From Desulfomonilia bacterium (GTDB lineage: Bacteria; Desulfobacterota; Desulfomonilia; UBA1062): a stretch of 64,000 bases of DNA. Positions 1-9,967 of this stretch are shown here, one piece after another; positions within the stretch are counted from its first letter, which is position 1; each line of letters opens with the position of its first letter. The stretch spans positions 160,001-224,000 of the forward strand of contig JBEKDT010000002.1 of NCBI GenBank assembly GCA_050014195.1, in the 5' to 3' direction. The translations under genes and the position numbers were made by a program. The notes under the pieces are model-generated. The model had not been told where the DNA came from, searched no databases, and saw only the letters and a program-made list of their open reading frames with translations.

Positions 1-344
1 TCGATCTCTTGTTGGAGGGTCTTGCCCATTTCTCCGCCCTCGGAGAACCCGGAGCTCTCGATGACGATCCGCTTGATCCCTCTCTCACCGCACTGCTTAA
101 CGAAACCCGGTACCACCTTGGCCGGGGCAATTACAATGGCAAGGTCCACATCGCCTGGGATATCCGTAACATCGGTGTACCCGGGGCATCCATACACTTC
201 TTCTCCCTTGCGGTTTACTGCATAGACAGCACCTTGAAACGGTGAGAAATCATGGAGAGATCTGCAGATTGTTGCCCCGAGATTGAATGGTGAATTGGAT
301 GCCCCGATCACTACAACAGACGAGGGATTAAAAAACCTATTCAT
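1..344 (-). CDS. CoA-binding domain protein / NDP-forming acyl-CoA synthetase alpha-type (runs off the left edge; absent from the ORF track)
   Basis: Manual translation from ATG at 344: MNRFFNPSSVVVIGASNSPFNLG...DIPGDVDLAIVIAPA...IESSGFSE. AGGAGG RBS upstream. Similar to the 2307-3797 product. Confidence 0.85.
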   Translation of the reverse strand, partial: MNRFFNPSSVVVIGASNSPFNLGATICRSLHDFSPFQGAVYAVNRKGEEVYGCPGYTDVTDIPGDVDLAIVIAPAKVVPGFVKQCGERGIKRIVIESSGFSEGGEMGKTLQQEI

Positions 345-388
345 GGATGCGCCTCCTGTGGTTGTTTATGAGTTATGACCTTATACAG

Positions 389-406
389 ATTATTTGATCA
401 GATAAT
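389..406. promoter_or_regulatory. Candidate PadR operator (ATTATTT-GATC-AGATAAT)
   Basis: Near-perfect 18-bp palindrome upstream of the CoA-ligase gene; a second copy lies at 951-968. Confidence 0.55.
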
Positions 407-414
407 TTAAGCTG

Positions 415-933
415 TTATGGTTCTCCTTTTCTCCTTTTTAGTTCAATTGTATACCTTTCTTTAAGCATCTGAATCATATCCACGATAGTGGAATAGATGA
501 ACCTCCCGTCATCATCACTTAGATCCTCAACCTCGGGGCGTATCTGTTCGAGGTCCTCAAGCTGCTCATCTAACGAGCTGATCTCCCGCTCGAACTGCTT
601 GAACATCTCATCCCGCTGCAAGAAGCGAAAGAAAAAGGCCCTGGTGAGGAAATCCAGCTGATAGTCGATAGGTACCGGTGGATCAGAAAGAGATTGATAA
701 AATTTTTTCCTGCCCCTTTCGGTTAAGGAATAGACATGCATGTTGGGCTTACCCGTTTGAATAACCACATCCTTTTGTACAAGCCCCCCTGCCTCGAGCT
801 TTCGCAGCGCCGGATAAATCTGGTTAAGACTTAAGTTGTAGGCCATCATGAGCTTGCCCGTGATGTTCTTGATCTTATATCCGCTCTTTGGGCCGGACAT
901 GAGCAAGCCAAGGATTACTTGATCGGTATCCAT
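415..933 (-). CDS. PadR family transcriptional regulator
   Basis: ILGLL...SGYKI...QIYPALRKLE..GLV...YSLTERG winged helix plus C-terminal helical domain; start placed at MDTDQ. Confidence 0.9.
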   Translation of the reverse strand: MDTDQVILGLLMSGPKSGYKIKNITGKLMMAYNLSLNQIYPALRKLEAGGLVQKDVVIQTGKPNMHVYSLTERGRKKFYQSLSDPPVPIDYQLDFLTRAFFFRFLQRDEMFKQFEREISSLDEQLEDLEQIRPEVEDLSDDDGRFIYSTIVDMIQMLKERYTIELKRRKGEP

Positions 934-950
934 GCATGGCACCTGATGCT

Positions 951-968
951 ATTTTCTCTGAAGATAAT
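951..968. promoter_or_regulatory. Candidate PadR operator (ATTTTCT-CTGA-AGATAAT)
   Basis: One mismatch to ATTATCT-N4-AGATAAT; directly upstream of padR. Confidence 0.5.
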
Positions 969-1152
969 TTCTGCCACCATATTGTATAATAAAACATCAT
1001 AGTCTTAATCAGTTGTCAACACATTCTCTGTCAGTATGAGATCGGATTGTAAGACTATCTCAATTATCAGAAAGGTATTATGCTTTCCCCGAACATGACG
1101 AAAAGAATATTATCAACGAAGACTCCGCATCTGTGAGACTTCTCCATAGAAG

Positions 1153-1186
1153 ACCGGGCAGCAAAGTGCTGCCCGGTTTCGTTTTT
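1153..1186. terminator. Intrinsic terminator hairpin
   Basis: ACCGGGCAGCA-AAG-TGCTGCCCGGT 11-bp stem with a T-rich tail on the + strand; also lies downstream of ltaE on the - strand. Confidence 0.7.
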
Positions 1187-1238
1187 ATGTCAATCTTTTC
1201 GAGGTATAAAATTTAATCTTGTCCAAGGGAATAGTCCC

Positions 1239-2285
1239 TTATGAGATTCGCTGCGCCAGAGTTGTTATATCCCTGATGAATTCGTGAATATCCTCATCTG
1301 TGGTGTCCCACGAGCACATGAGCCTCACCCCACCCTCGCCGATAAAGGTGTAGAAGCGCCACCCCATCTCATGGAGACCGTCTATAACAGATGAACGCAT
1401 CTTCACAAAGACCGAGTTGGCTTCAACCGGGAACATAATCTCTATTCCTCGGATTTGTTTAAGCTCTTCGTGAAGGAGTCGGGCACAGCGGTTTGCATGC
1501 TCGGCATTTTTTAGCCAGATCTCATCACGTAAGAGCCCAATCCACGGGGCTGAGAGAAACCGCATTTTACTGGCAAGCTGGCCTGCCTGTTTGCACCGGT
1601 AATCGAATTCCCGGGCAAGCTCCTTTTCAAAAAAAATGACGGCCTCCCCTGCGGCAATCCCATTCTTTACCCCTCCGAAGCAGAGCACATCCACACCTGC
1701 TTTCCAGGTGATCTCCTTCGGTGCAACCTTCAAGGTAGCCAGGGCATTGGCAAGCCGCGCGCCGTCCATGTGGAGACGCAATCCCAGGCTTGATGCAAGC
1801 CCACCCAGGGCTTTAAGCTGATCCGCCGTATACACGGTGCCCACCTCGGTGGCCTGGGTGATGCTGATGACCTTCGGTTTGGGATAATGGATGTCGGTTC
1901 TCTTCAGGGCGACCTCTTCCACTTCTTTGGGTGATAACTTGCCATTATCTCCTCCTGCCAGGAGGATCTTGGTGCCGTTTGAAAAGAATTCAGGCGCCCC
2001 GCACTCATCGGTCTCGATATGTGCATGCCTTTGACAGATGATACTATGGTACGACTGGCAGAGCGATGCAAGGGCAAGCGAGTTGGCTGCGGTTCCGTTG
2101 AAAACGAAGAACACATCGCAATCTGTCTCAAAAAAATCTCTAATCAAGTTGCAGGCCTGTGCAGTATATTCATCCTCACCATAGGGAATACAGTGACCTG
2201 TATTCGCTCGCGCAAGGGTTTCAAAGGCCTCAGGACAGATACCCGAGTAATTGTCACTCGCAAACTGCCGTCTCATTTTCCTCAT
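1239..2285 (-). CDS. ltaE: Low-specificity L-threonine aldolase
   Basis: FASDN, GTAAN, DECGAPEF, HMDGARLANA, GGVKNG (PLP lysine), QLASKMRF motifs. Confidence 0.92.
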   Translation of the reverse strand: MRKMRRQFASDNYSGICPEAFETLARANTGHCIPYGEDEYTAQACNLIRDFFETDCDVFFVFNGTAANSLALASLCQSYHSIICQRHAHIETDECGAPEFFSNGTKILLAGGDNGKLSPKEVEEVALKRTDIHYPKPKVISITQATEVGTVYTADQLKALGGLASSLGLRLHMDGARLANALATLKVAPKEITWKAGVDVLCFGGVKNGIAAGEAVIFFEKELAREFDYRCKQAGQLASKMRFLSAPWIGLLRDEIWLKNAEHANRCARLLHEELKQIRGIEIMFPVEANSVFVKMRSSVIDGLHEMGWRFYTFIGEGGVRLMCSWDTTDEDIHEFIRDITTLAQRIS

Positions 2286-2306
2286 GGATCTTCCCCTTAC
2301 CTTCTT

Positions 2307-3797
2307 TCAGTTTGCGGCCAGGGAGCTCCTGTACTCAGAATATTTTGAAACATGGCTCAGGGCCCTGAAGGCATACCCGAGATCGCTGAACACCGGGATG
2401 CCTTTCTCGAGAAAGACCTGCCTGGCTTCCCTGATGAGATCCGTTATATCGAGTGAATCCAGGCCCTGCTTGAACTCAGGCATCACAAGAATCACGGGTT
2501 TGCCGGTGGAGTCCGCAGCATCTCTCATGGCATTGCTGAGCTCCTGATACGGGGTAATCTGCTTCATCGAGTCTATTCCCAATCCCATGGCAACGGCCTT
2601 GTAGTGGTGCACAAGCTGGATGAGTACCTGGACATCCACCCGAGGGTCGCTGCCGGACTGGAGGAACACATGCCGGTATGCATCCGGGCCCACCAAGGGG
2701 TTTGCGGCGTCAATCGGGTTTCTTGCACTGGATCCGGGCCTGGGAAGCACTTCCAGGATCTTCTCGCTCAAGGAATCATCGAATGTGGGCAGATTGACCC
2801 CGAACCGTTCGGCCATATCACCGGCGCTTACACCTAAGGCTCCGCCGCCTCCGGCGACACTGATGCCCTGGTATTTCATTATGGGAAGCATGGAAAATGC
2901 AAGACACGTCTGGGCAAGCTCCCACAGATCCACCACTTGAATGGCCCCGGCCTGGCGCAGTGCAGATTCCCAGATTACCTTACTGCCCCCCATGGATGCC
3001 GTATGGCTGGCAACAGCCCTGCCTCCTGCTTCTGACAGGCCGCCTTTATTGATGATTACGGGCTTCGTGGCTGCCACCTGTTTGAGGACCCTGAGGAACT
3101 CCCTGCCGTCCTTTACACCCTCCATGTACATGGCAATGACTCTTGTCTCGGGGTCCTTACCGAAGTACTCCAGGAGCTCTGTCTCTCTCAAGTCTGCCCC
3201 GTTGCCGAAGCTGACGACTTTTGAAAATCTCACCCCCATCCACTTGCCGATATGGGCAAAATCTATGGACATGCCTCCGCTCTGGGATATAAAGGCGACA
3301 TGCCCGCTTTCACGGGAGAGGTCCGGGCCTGGCAGCAGAGTCAGGCCGCTTGCCGGGCAATAGATGCCGAAACAGTTAGGCCCGATCACCCTGATCCCTT
3401 TGGAAGCAATCTCCTTAATCTCTTGTTCCAGGCCGGCACCCTCCGGAGTGCCGGCCTCAGAAAAGCCTGCAGAAAGGATCTCGGCGCCTGCAATACCCAT
3501 GATCCTGCAATTTTCCAAGGTCAGCGGAACATGCCCCGCTGGCACGGCGATAATTGCGAAGTCGACCTGTCCCGGTATCTCATCGAGACTCCGGTAGATC
3601 TTGGAGCCATTGATCTGGCCGCCATTCGGATTAACCGGATAGAGCTCGCCTGCAAAACCTATGGCGTTAAGGGCGCTCAGGATGCCGCTGCCAAAACCTG
3701 TGCCCTTGGGAGATACCCCGATGATGGCCACGCCTCTGGGATGGAAGATGCGATCAAACGCTTCATTGTTGTCTGCTTGTTCAATAGTACTTTTCAT
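2307..3797 (-). CDS. NDP-forming acyl-CoA synthetase alpha-type (CoA-binding and ligase domains, no ATP-grasp)
   Basis: GPNCFG, SQSGG, SFGN, ASHTASM (phospho-His), NPID motifs; GAGGGG RBS. Confidence 0.88.
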   Translation of the reverse strand: MKSTIEQADNNEAFDRIFHPRGVAIIGVSPKGTGFGSGILSALNAIGFAGELYPVNPNGGQINGSKIYRSLDEIPGQVDFAIIAVPAGHVPLTLENCRIMGIAGAEILSAGFSEAGTPEGAGLEQEIKEIASKGIRVIGPNCFGIYCPASGLTLLPGPDLSRESGHVAFISQSGGMSIDFAHIGKWMGVRFSKVVSFGNGADLRETELLEYFGKDPETRVIAMYMEGVKDGREFLRVLKQVAATKPVIINKGGLSEAGGRAVASHTASMGGSKVIWESALRQAGAIQVVDLWELAQTCLAFSMLPIMKYQGISVAGGGGALGVSAGDMAERFGVNLPTFDDSLSEKILEVLPRPGSSARNPIDAANPLVGPDAYRHVFLQSGSDPRVDVQVLIQLVHHYKAVAMGLGIDSMKQITPYQELSNAMRDAADSTGKPVILVMPEFKQGLDSLDITDLIREARQVFLEKGIPVFSDLGYAFRALSHVSKYSEYRSSLAAN

Positions 3798-3963
3798 GGT
3801 GACCCCTCGCTTAGACATGATGACTCATGGACCTCTCAATATCATTCTTTCTGTTTCCCGGGAATTTGTCAATCCTGACAGGATGGAACAAGGATATCTT
3901 TACAGGTCAGTCCGGCAACATTATACTAGTCACGGTACACTCATGAAAGAGCGGTAGGGGGCT

Positions 3964-4899
3964 ATGCCCAAAGAAAACACCCATCTTCATTTTGCATATG
4001 GTCTGCTTGAAGAGTTCCGGGGGCAGGACATCCTGAAGGATGTCTCTGAACATATCCGGCAGTATCTTTTGGGCTCCATCATCCCGGATACATGCTATTA
4101 TGGCGTCAGCGCTTCTCTTAGGCGCATCTCCGAGACATTTCACGGCAAGGACGGAAACCCTACCAACACCACCATCGTGCAGGTGCTCGACCATACACAG
4201 GACCTGAAGGATCTAGCTTTCATATGTGGGTATATCTCACATTGTGCCCTGGACATCACCTTTCACCCGGTCATCTACTATCTCTCGGGTAATTACTATG
4301 ATAAATCCCCTGAAAAGAGGACCCATGCCGTCTACCTTCACCGACACCTTGAAACCTGCCTCGATATCGACATTCAGAACACCATGCAGCTTCACAGGCT
4401 CATCAGGACAGTATATCTGAAAGGACTCATCTTTGAAGATATCATCTCACATGAATTCCAGGTATCAATAAAGGGCATAAGAAATTCTCTGAGAAGACAG
4501 ATCGTCTATAACATGCTGTTCACGAGCATGGCGGCTTATCGCCTTGCCAAGGTATGCTCACGTGTCGGTCTGTTCAAAGATTCCTCACAACTCGGACTCT
4601 TCTATGGGGATGCAGAACAGGGTGAGCGTTTGCCATCCGTGATCGAAGTAGCCGATCTCGTGGACGGCCATGAACGGTCCACGACGCTTAGCAATCTTTT
4701 TCAAGATGCCCGTACATTAGCCAAGGCCATGATAGAAGCTGCGTTCGGCTATTGGAATAAAAGATTAAGCCTTGCCGAAATGCTCCAGGTCATACCAGGC
4801 TTGAGTCTTGACACGGGCAAGCTCGGAATAAGCGCTTCAAGTGTTCACTACACCAGGGAAGGTGTTATGAATGTAATGGGGCAATCTTCGATATTATGA
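3964..4899 (+). CDS. Zinc-dependent phospholipase C family protein
   Basis: MP...TH N-terminus, GSIIPD, GYISHCALDITFHP, H..LE motifs. Confidence 0.75.
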   Translation: MPKENTHLHFAYGLLEEFRGQDILKDVSEHIRQYLLGSIIPDTCYYGVSASLRRISETFHGKDGNPTNTTIVQVLDHTQDLKDLAFICGYISHCALDITFHPVIYYLSGNYYDKSPEKRTHAVYLHRHLETCLDIDIQNTMQLHRLIRTVYLKGLIFEDIISHEFQVSIKGIRNSLRRQIVYNMLFTSMAAYRLAKVCSRVGLFKDSSQLGLFYGDAEQGERLPSVIEVADLVDGHERSTTLSNLFQDARTLAKAMIEAAFGYWNKRLSLAEMLQVIPGLSLDTGKLGISASSVHYTREGVMNVMGQSSIL

Positions 4900-4927
4900 A
4901 ATTCGCTGATTCTCCGAAAGGTTTTCC

Positions 4928-5134
4928 ATGGCGTTTGTGCGGATGAAAGGTGTTGAAGGTCTGGTATATGTCCCAGAGGATAATGGGGGCTCGAAGAAAC
5001 ATTCATGTGATGACTGTTATTACTGCCAATGGTGCAGCGATAACAGATGTGAGCTGTGCCTCGAAACGAAACCCTGCAACAAGACCAAATGCCCTACAGG
5101 GATTATTTCACTTAAGGATGTCAAACGGGGTTAA
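4928..5134 (+). CDS. Small cysteine-rich hypothetical protein
   Basis: 68 aa with CDDCYYCQWCSDNRCELC plus 2 further Cys; directly follows the PLC-like gene. Confidence 0.65.
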   Translation: MAFVRMKGVEGLVYVPEDNGGSKKHSCDDCYYCQWCSDNRCELCLETKPCNKTKCPTGIISLKDVKRG

Positions 5135-5174
5135 ATCATCTAAAATCAGTTATCTTATCCCGCTATTTCCAACA

Positions 5175-5711
5175 TTAGATATTCGCCGCCATTGTCGCGG
5201 TTGATGGAACATCACTCAAGTGCTCTCCATAATGGGTAAACTTGATAGTTTTATCCGGGGCAACAATAAAAACAGCGGGAAGCTGTGTCTCTTTACCTTC
5301 GAATTTCCCGTGCTTGTACCCCTGAAGGGTTGCCTTGATAGCCATAATCAGACCTGCCGGATGCATATATCTGAGGATACTGCCAGGCTCCACATGATAC
5401 AGCTTAAAAAGATCACCCTTTGGATCGCAAATGATGGTAAACGGCCAGTCTTCTTTCTTGGTGGCTGATGCGACCGTTTCGGGAGAGCTTTGAATGATGA
5501 CAAAAAGCACTGCCTTTTTTTGTTCAATGAGATTGATCTCGCGCTTCAGATTTGCCATATCGATCTGGCAGATAGGACAACCAAGGTAACGGAGAAAGAC
5601 CAGAACCGCCGGGTTACCGTTCATTGCTTCATAAAAACCTCTCTCACCTTCCCATGGTGTTTTGAATAGAAAGTCAGGGGCCTTGTCGCCGACTTTAAGT
5701 TTTGCATTCAT
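5175..5711 (-). CDS. Peroxiredoxin-like AhpC/TSA family protein
   Basis: GDKAPDF, FLRYLGCPIC (CxxC), QLPAVFIV; AGGAGG RBS. Confidence 0.85.
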   Translation of the reverse strand: MNAKLKVGDKAPDFLFKTPWEGERGFYEAMNGNPAVLVFLRYLGCPICQIDMANLKREINLIEQKKAVLFVIIQSSPETVASATKKEDWPFTIICDPKGDLFKLYHVEPGSILRYMHPAGLIMAIKATLQGYKHGKFEGKETQLPAVFIVAPDKTIKFTHYGEHLSDVPSTATMAANI

Positions 5712-5771
5712 CTTAATATCCTCCTGGTATCTTCTCTCCGTATCAGCCCTTATGGTACCTGCAGGTAACTC

Positions 5772-6809
5772 TCAAACGAAGACCCCTACCATCCTTTTCT
5801 CGATGGTCTCGGCCTCCCTCACGATCCGATCGAACAGTTCCTTGACCGAAGGTTCATCGTGAATCAGGCCGGTACACTGGCCCACCGGCAGCACGCCCTT
5901 CTGAAGATTGCCTTCTTCGGTTGCCAGCTGGAAGGCCTTGGAGGCATTAGCCAGGTAGGCAAGCTGCTTTGCGTTCTTCCATCCGGACAGCAATACGCCG
6001 ATGAACAGCTTGATGAATGGAAGGCGGAGCGTCTTCGCAATATCCTGCGCATTGATGAATGCCGCGGGCAGGTTCAATCCGCGCCGTTTGACACGCTCGG
6101 CCGTATCGGTCTTGAGGACGCGGCACCACAGCCCATCGATACGCTTCGAGTAGAGGGTGTCCGTGACATCCATCTTAATGGATAGGTCTTTGTAATTCTG
6201 GTGAAGGGGACTTTCCTTGGTCGTCATCAGCCTGGTTCCCATTGCGATTCCTTCTGCGCCCAGGGCAATCGCTGCTGCGAGACCCCTCCCGTCAGCAATC
6301 CCTCCGGCCGCCACCACGGGGATAGTAAGGGCATCGACAAGGCTTGGTATGAGGCAGAACGTGGTGACGAATTCACCATGGGCCGCAGCCTCATTGCCCG
6401 TGGCGATCACTGCATCGCACCCGTATTCCTGGGCACGCTTGGCATGGCGGGCACTTACCACGGTGGCCATAACCTTGCCCCCGTATTTATGGGCCTCCTG
6501 CACGATCCAGTCTCCTTTGCCAAGGGCAAAGTTGATCACCGGGACCTGCTCTTCCAAAAGGACCTTTGCAGATTCCTTGGCGCCAGGAAACAGCAGTGAT
6601 GCATTGGCCCCGAAAGGCCTGTCTGTGAGCTTGCGGATTTGCCTTATTGATTCTCTGGTCGTATCCTTGTCAAGGGGGCCTGTGGCGAGAATCCCCAGAC
6701 CGCCTGCATTTGAAACCGCAGCCACCATCTTGGGCACGCTGATCCAGCTCATCCCGGACAGCAAAATGGGGTACTGAGTCCCCAACATCTCGGTAATCCT
6801 GGTTTTCAT
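5772..6809 (-). CDS. Nitronate monooxygenase / FabK-like flavin oxidoreductase
   Basis: AVSNAGGLG, AAGGIADGRG, MGTR, GQ..GLI motifs. Confidence 0.88.
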   Translation of the reverse strand: MKTRITEMLGTQYPILLSGMSWISVPKMVAAVSNAGGLGILATGPLDKDTTRESIRQIRKLTDRPFGANASLLFPGAKESAKVLLEEQVPVINFALGKGDWIVQEAHKYGGKVMATVVSARHAKRAQEYGCDAVIATGNEAAAHGEFVTTFCLIPSLVDALTIPVVAAGGIADGRGLAAAIALGAEGIAMGTRLMTTKESPLHQNYKDLSIKMDVTDTLYSKRIDGLWCRVLKTDTAERVKRRGLNLPAAFINAQDIAKTLRLPFIKLFIGVLLSGWKNAKQLAYLANASKAFQLATEEGNLQKGVLPVGQCTGLIHDEPSVKELFDRIVREAETIEKRMVGVFV

Positions 6810-6858
6810 ACTACTCCTCCTGGAAGCTCGGTTCGGTTATTGACAAACCAAGTGAACA

Positions 6859-7995
6859 TTAAAATCCTTCCATGCGCGCGATGATCTCGCACATGACTTC
6901 ATCCGCACCTGCGCCGATGGACATGATGCGGGAATCCCTGAAATAGCGTGAGATCAGCGTCTCATTCATGAATCCCATGCCCCCGAACATCTGCAGGCAT
7001 CCGCTTGCCACCTCGGAGATCAGCTGCCCGGCATAGAGCTTTCCCATGGATATCTCTCGGGTGACATCAAGCCCTTTCATCTTCATGCGGACGATATGGT
7101 AGGATAATTGTTTCAGGCATTCATTCTTCATGAGCCACCCGGCCAGCCGGTGCCGCAGCACCTGTTTTGTAATGAGGGGTTTGCCGAAGACAATCCGCTG
7201 CCTCAAATACTGAACCGTCATATCGATCATGTCGCGAACGCACACATAGGTCCCCGGCAAGACTGCAAACCGCTCATGCTGGAACTGCTGCATCTGATAA
7301 ATAAACCCCTCCCCTTCAAAGCCTATCAGGTTCTCGGCAGGCACCGTGACGTTGTCGAAAAAGAGCTCAGCCGTATCGCTGCTCCTCAGGCCCACCTTGT
7401 CGAGTTTCTTGCTCACGGAAAAGCCTGGGAGATTTGTCGGCACTACAAAAAGACTGAACGAATGATACCCCTGATCATCCCCTGAACGCGCGAGCAAGGT
7501 CAGGAAGTCTGCCTGGGTGCCGTTGGTTATAAATGTTTTAGAGCCATTGATTATATAGCTGTCACCATGCTTTACGGCCCGTGTCCTGATGGCAAAGACA
7601 TCGGAGCCGGCATCGGGCTCTGTGACTGCAATAGCCGATACCATGTCGCCCGCGATAGCCGCTTTCAAATATGTCTCTTTCAGGTACTCGCTCCCATGAG
7701 CAGCAATGACAGGTGTAGCCATATTCGTCTGGACGGCAATGGCCGTGGATACACCCATTCCGTGGATATGCCCGATCTCCTCGAGCAGGACGGTCTCATA
7801 CCAGTAGTCAAGACCCAAGCCCCCGTACCGTGTATCATAACGGATACCTAAAAATCCGAGGTCCCCCATCTTTTTGAACAGGTCATGGAGCGGAGCAGTC
7901 TTTTCCTCCCATTCATCCATGGAGGGATTAATTTCCTTGTCCACGAATTTCTTTATAGAAGCCCGAAAAGCCTCGTGTGTCTCGTCAAAATACAT
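6859..7995 (-). CDS. Acyl-CoA dehydrogenase, AtuD (citronellyl-CoA dehydrogenase)-like
   Basis: VTEPDAGSD, GSKTFITNG, QFQHER, SIGAGADEVM; adjacent to atuA. Confidence 0.88.
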   Translation of the reverse strand: MYFDETHEAFRASIKKFVDKEINPSMDEWEEKTAPLHDLFKKMGDLGFLGIRYDTRYGGLGLDYWYETVLLEEIGHIHGMGVSTAIAVQTNMATPVIAAHGSEYLKETYLKAAIAGDMVSAIAVTEPDAGSDVFAIRTRAVKHGDSYIINGSKTFITNGTQADFLTLLARSGDDQGYHSFSLFVVPTNLPGFSVSKKLDKVGLRSSDTAELFFDNVTVPAENLIGFEGEGFIYQMQQFQHERFAVLPGTYVCVRDMIDMTVQYLRQRIVFGKPLITKQVLRHRLAGWLMKNECLKQLSYHIVRMKMKGLDVTREISMGKLYAGQLISEVASGCLQMFGGMGFMNETLISRYFRDSRIMSIGAGADEVMCEIIARMEGF

Positions 7996-8120
7996 CCCGA
8001 CCTCCCCTTTTTCTTAAGCGCCGTATCCGGAGTGAACCCCTTCATCCAGCCACATGGGTAGAGTTGCGAGTATAGCGTGCAATCTCTTAAGCATTAATCC
8101 CTTACCGGTTGCTGCACCTG

Positions 8121-9899
8121 TCAGACAGGTACTATGGATTCCGGCATCTCCACAAGGCGTGCCCGCAGATATTCGCCCAGGGTCTTTGCCTGGGGGTCCA
8201 TACGGAAAGAAGCCGCTGCGCCCTCCCCCAGGATACCCTTGATATAGAAGTTCACGGCCAGCAGATTGGGCAGCTCATAACGGTCGATCTCATAGTCCTT
8301 CAAGTCCAGGAGCATACTTTTAAGCCTTTCTGTGGTCAGAAATTTCTGAAGGAAGGCATATGCATGGAGCGTCTTTGCCCATACACCGAGATTTGCATTG
8401 CCCCCCTTATCGCCCGAGCGGGTTGCAAACACCCGTCCGAACGGTACACGGGTAGTCTTGCCGCCGGGTGCAGCAGGCACATCTATCGTAAGGGGCTTTG
8501 GTGCGACAAACCCTTTCACAGACTTCACGCACTCCACAATGAATTCCTTGTCCTGAACCACTACCTTCTGGTGAATCCGGCTGCTGGAAACAAGTGCCGG
8601 CCAGTACACGATTGCGGGCGTCCCCTTGGCAGGGGGGGCTGTACCGGTAAAGCCGGGGATATTGGCAAGGGCAAGCTCCACGATCTTGGACGAGATCTTG
8701 TCCACCTTTTTCTGGTCCGGGTCGATAACGGTGATGCGCAGATATGCGAAGGCCTCCTCATTTGTATCAGGGTCATCCTTGTTGGACCGGATAAGCTGGA
8801 TCTCGGCCTTCTGGAACTGCCCTTTCCCTCCGAGGGCATCGAAGAGCGCCTCTTCAAGGATGCGGGCCTTCTTATCGATGTCCAGTCCGGTAAGGATCAC
8901 GGTCATGGAGTTTCGATAGCCGCCCAAGGTGTTGATGCAGACCTTTGCCGTGGCGGTTGGTGGTTCCCCCTTGACACCCTCCACTTTTACGCGGTCAGAA
9001 CCTTGCTGGGAGACCCTTATGGTGTCGAAGCGGGCAACCATGTCCGGGGTCAGATAGCGTGGATCGCTGATCTCATAGAGGAGCTGCGCCTTGACCGTAT
9101 CCACCGAGACAAGTCCCCCGGTTCCCGGATGCTTGGTGATGACAAAGGAGCCGTCACAAAAGATTTCCGCAATGGGGAAACCCACCTTTTTGAAGTCCGG
9201 GACCTCATCGATGAATGAATAGTTGCCGCCGGTGGCCTGGGCCCCGCACTCGATGATATGCCCGGCCGTAGTCGCCCCTGCCAGCCTGTCCCACTCATCC
9301 TGCTTCCATCCGTGCCACCAGGCAGCAGGGCCGACTACGAGAGAGGCGTCCGCTATTCGGCCGCCCACCACAATATCAGCCCCCTCTTCCAGGGCCTTCA
9401 CGATTCCCCAGCACCCCAGATAGGCATTTGCGGATATGACAATGGCCTTGGAATCTTTCAGGGCGATCCCCTTGTCCAGGTGGGTTAAATCCTCACCGGA
9501 TGCCTGGAGCTCTGCAAGGCGAGGCATGAGGTCATCCCCCTCGATATAGGCGATTTTCGGGTGCAGGCCCAGCCCGCCGGCGATGCGCGTCAGCTCTGCG
9601 GCAAGCCCCTTGGGATTCAGTCCGCCTGCGTTCGATACCACACGGATCTTTTTATCGAGGCATTCACCCATGATCTGTTCCATCTGCCTCAAAAAGGTCG
9701 AGGCGTAGCCGCCATTTACGTCCTTCATCTTAGTCCTGAAGAGGATAGCCATGGTCAGCTCTGCAAGATAATCACCCGTGAGAAAATCAATAGGCCCACC
9801 CTGCACCATCTCTTTTGCAGCGCTCAGGCGGTCGCCGAAGAATCCGCTGCAGTTGGCGATGGTGACCTTGTCCCTGTTTTTGCGATCATTGACACCCAT
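8121..9899 (-). CDS. atuA: Acyclic terpene utilization AtuA family protein
   Basis: NCSGFFGDR, DYLAELTM, GHIIECGAQATGGN, RSGDKGGNANLG, DPQAKTLGE motifs. Confidence 0.9.
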   Translation of the reverse strand: MGVNDRKNRDKVTIANCSGFFGDRLSAAKEMVQGGPIDFLTGDYLAELTMAILFRTKMKDVNGGYASTFLRQMEQIMGECLDKKIRVVSNAGGLNPKGLAAELTRIAGGLGLHPKIAYIEGDDLMPRLAELQASGEDLTHLDKGIALKDSKAIVISANAYLGCWGIVKALEEGADIVVGGRIADASLVVGPAAWWHGWKQDEWDRLAGATTAGHIIECGAQATGGNYSFIDEVPDFKKVGFPIAEIFCDGSFVITKHPGTGGLVSVDTVKAQLLYEISDPRYLTPDMVARFDTIRVSQQGSDRVKVEGVKGEPPTATAKVCINTLGGYRNSMTVILTGLDIDKKARILEEALFDALGGKGQFQKAEIQLIRSNKDDPDTNEEAFAYLRITVIDPDQKKVDKISSKIVELALANIPGFTGTAPPAKGTPAIVYWPALVSSSRIHQKVVVQDKEFIVECVKSVKGFVAPKPLTIDVPAAPGGKTTRVPFGRVFATRSGDKGGNANLGVWAKTLHAYAFLQKFLTTERLKSMLLDLKDYEIDRYELPNLLAVNFYIKGILGEGAAASFRMDPQAKTLGEYLRARLVEMPESIVPV

Positions 9900-9967
9900 G
9901 CGCATCCTCCTTTGTCCTCTAACATCCGTTCAATGTGCTGTGCATTTCTTTTGATGAATCTACTACT

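Noticed and set aside
8109-9218. 369-aa + strand ORF, and similar long ORFs at 12820-13812, 25711-26817 and 31002-31889
   Set aside because: Antisense shadows of well-supported genes, with no recognisable motifs.
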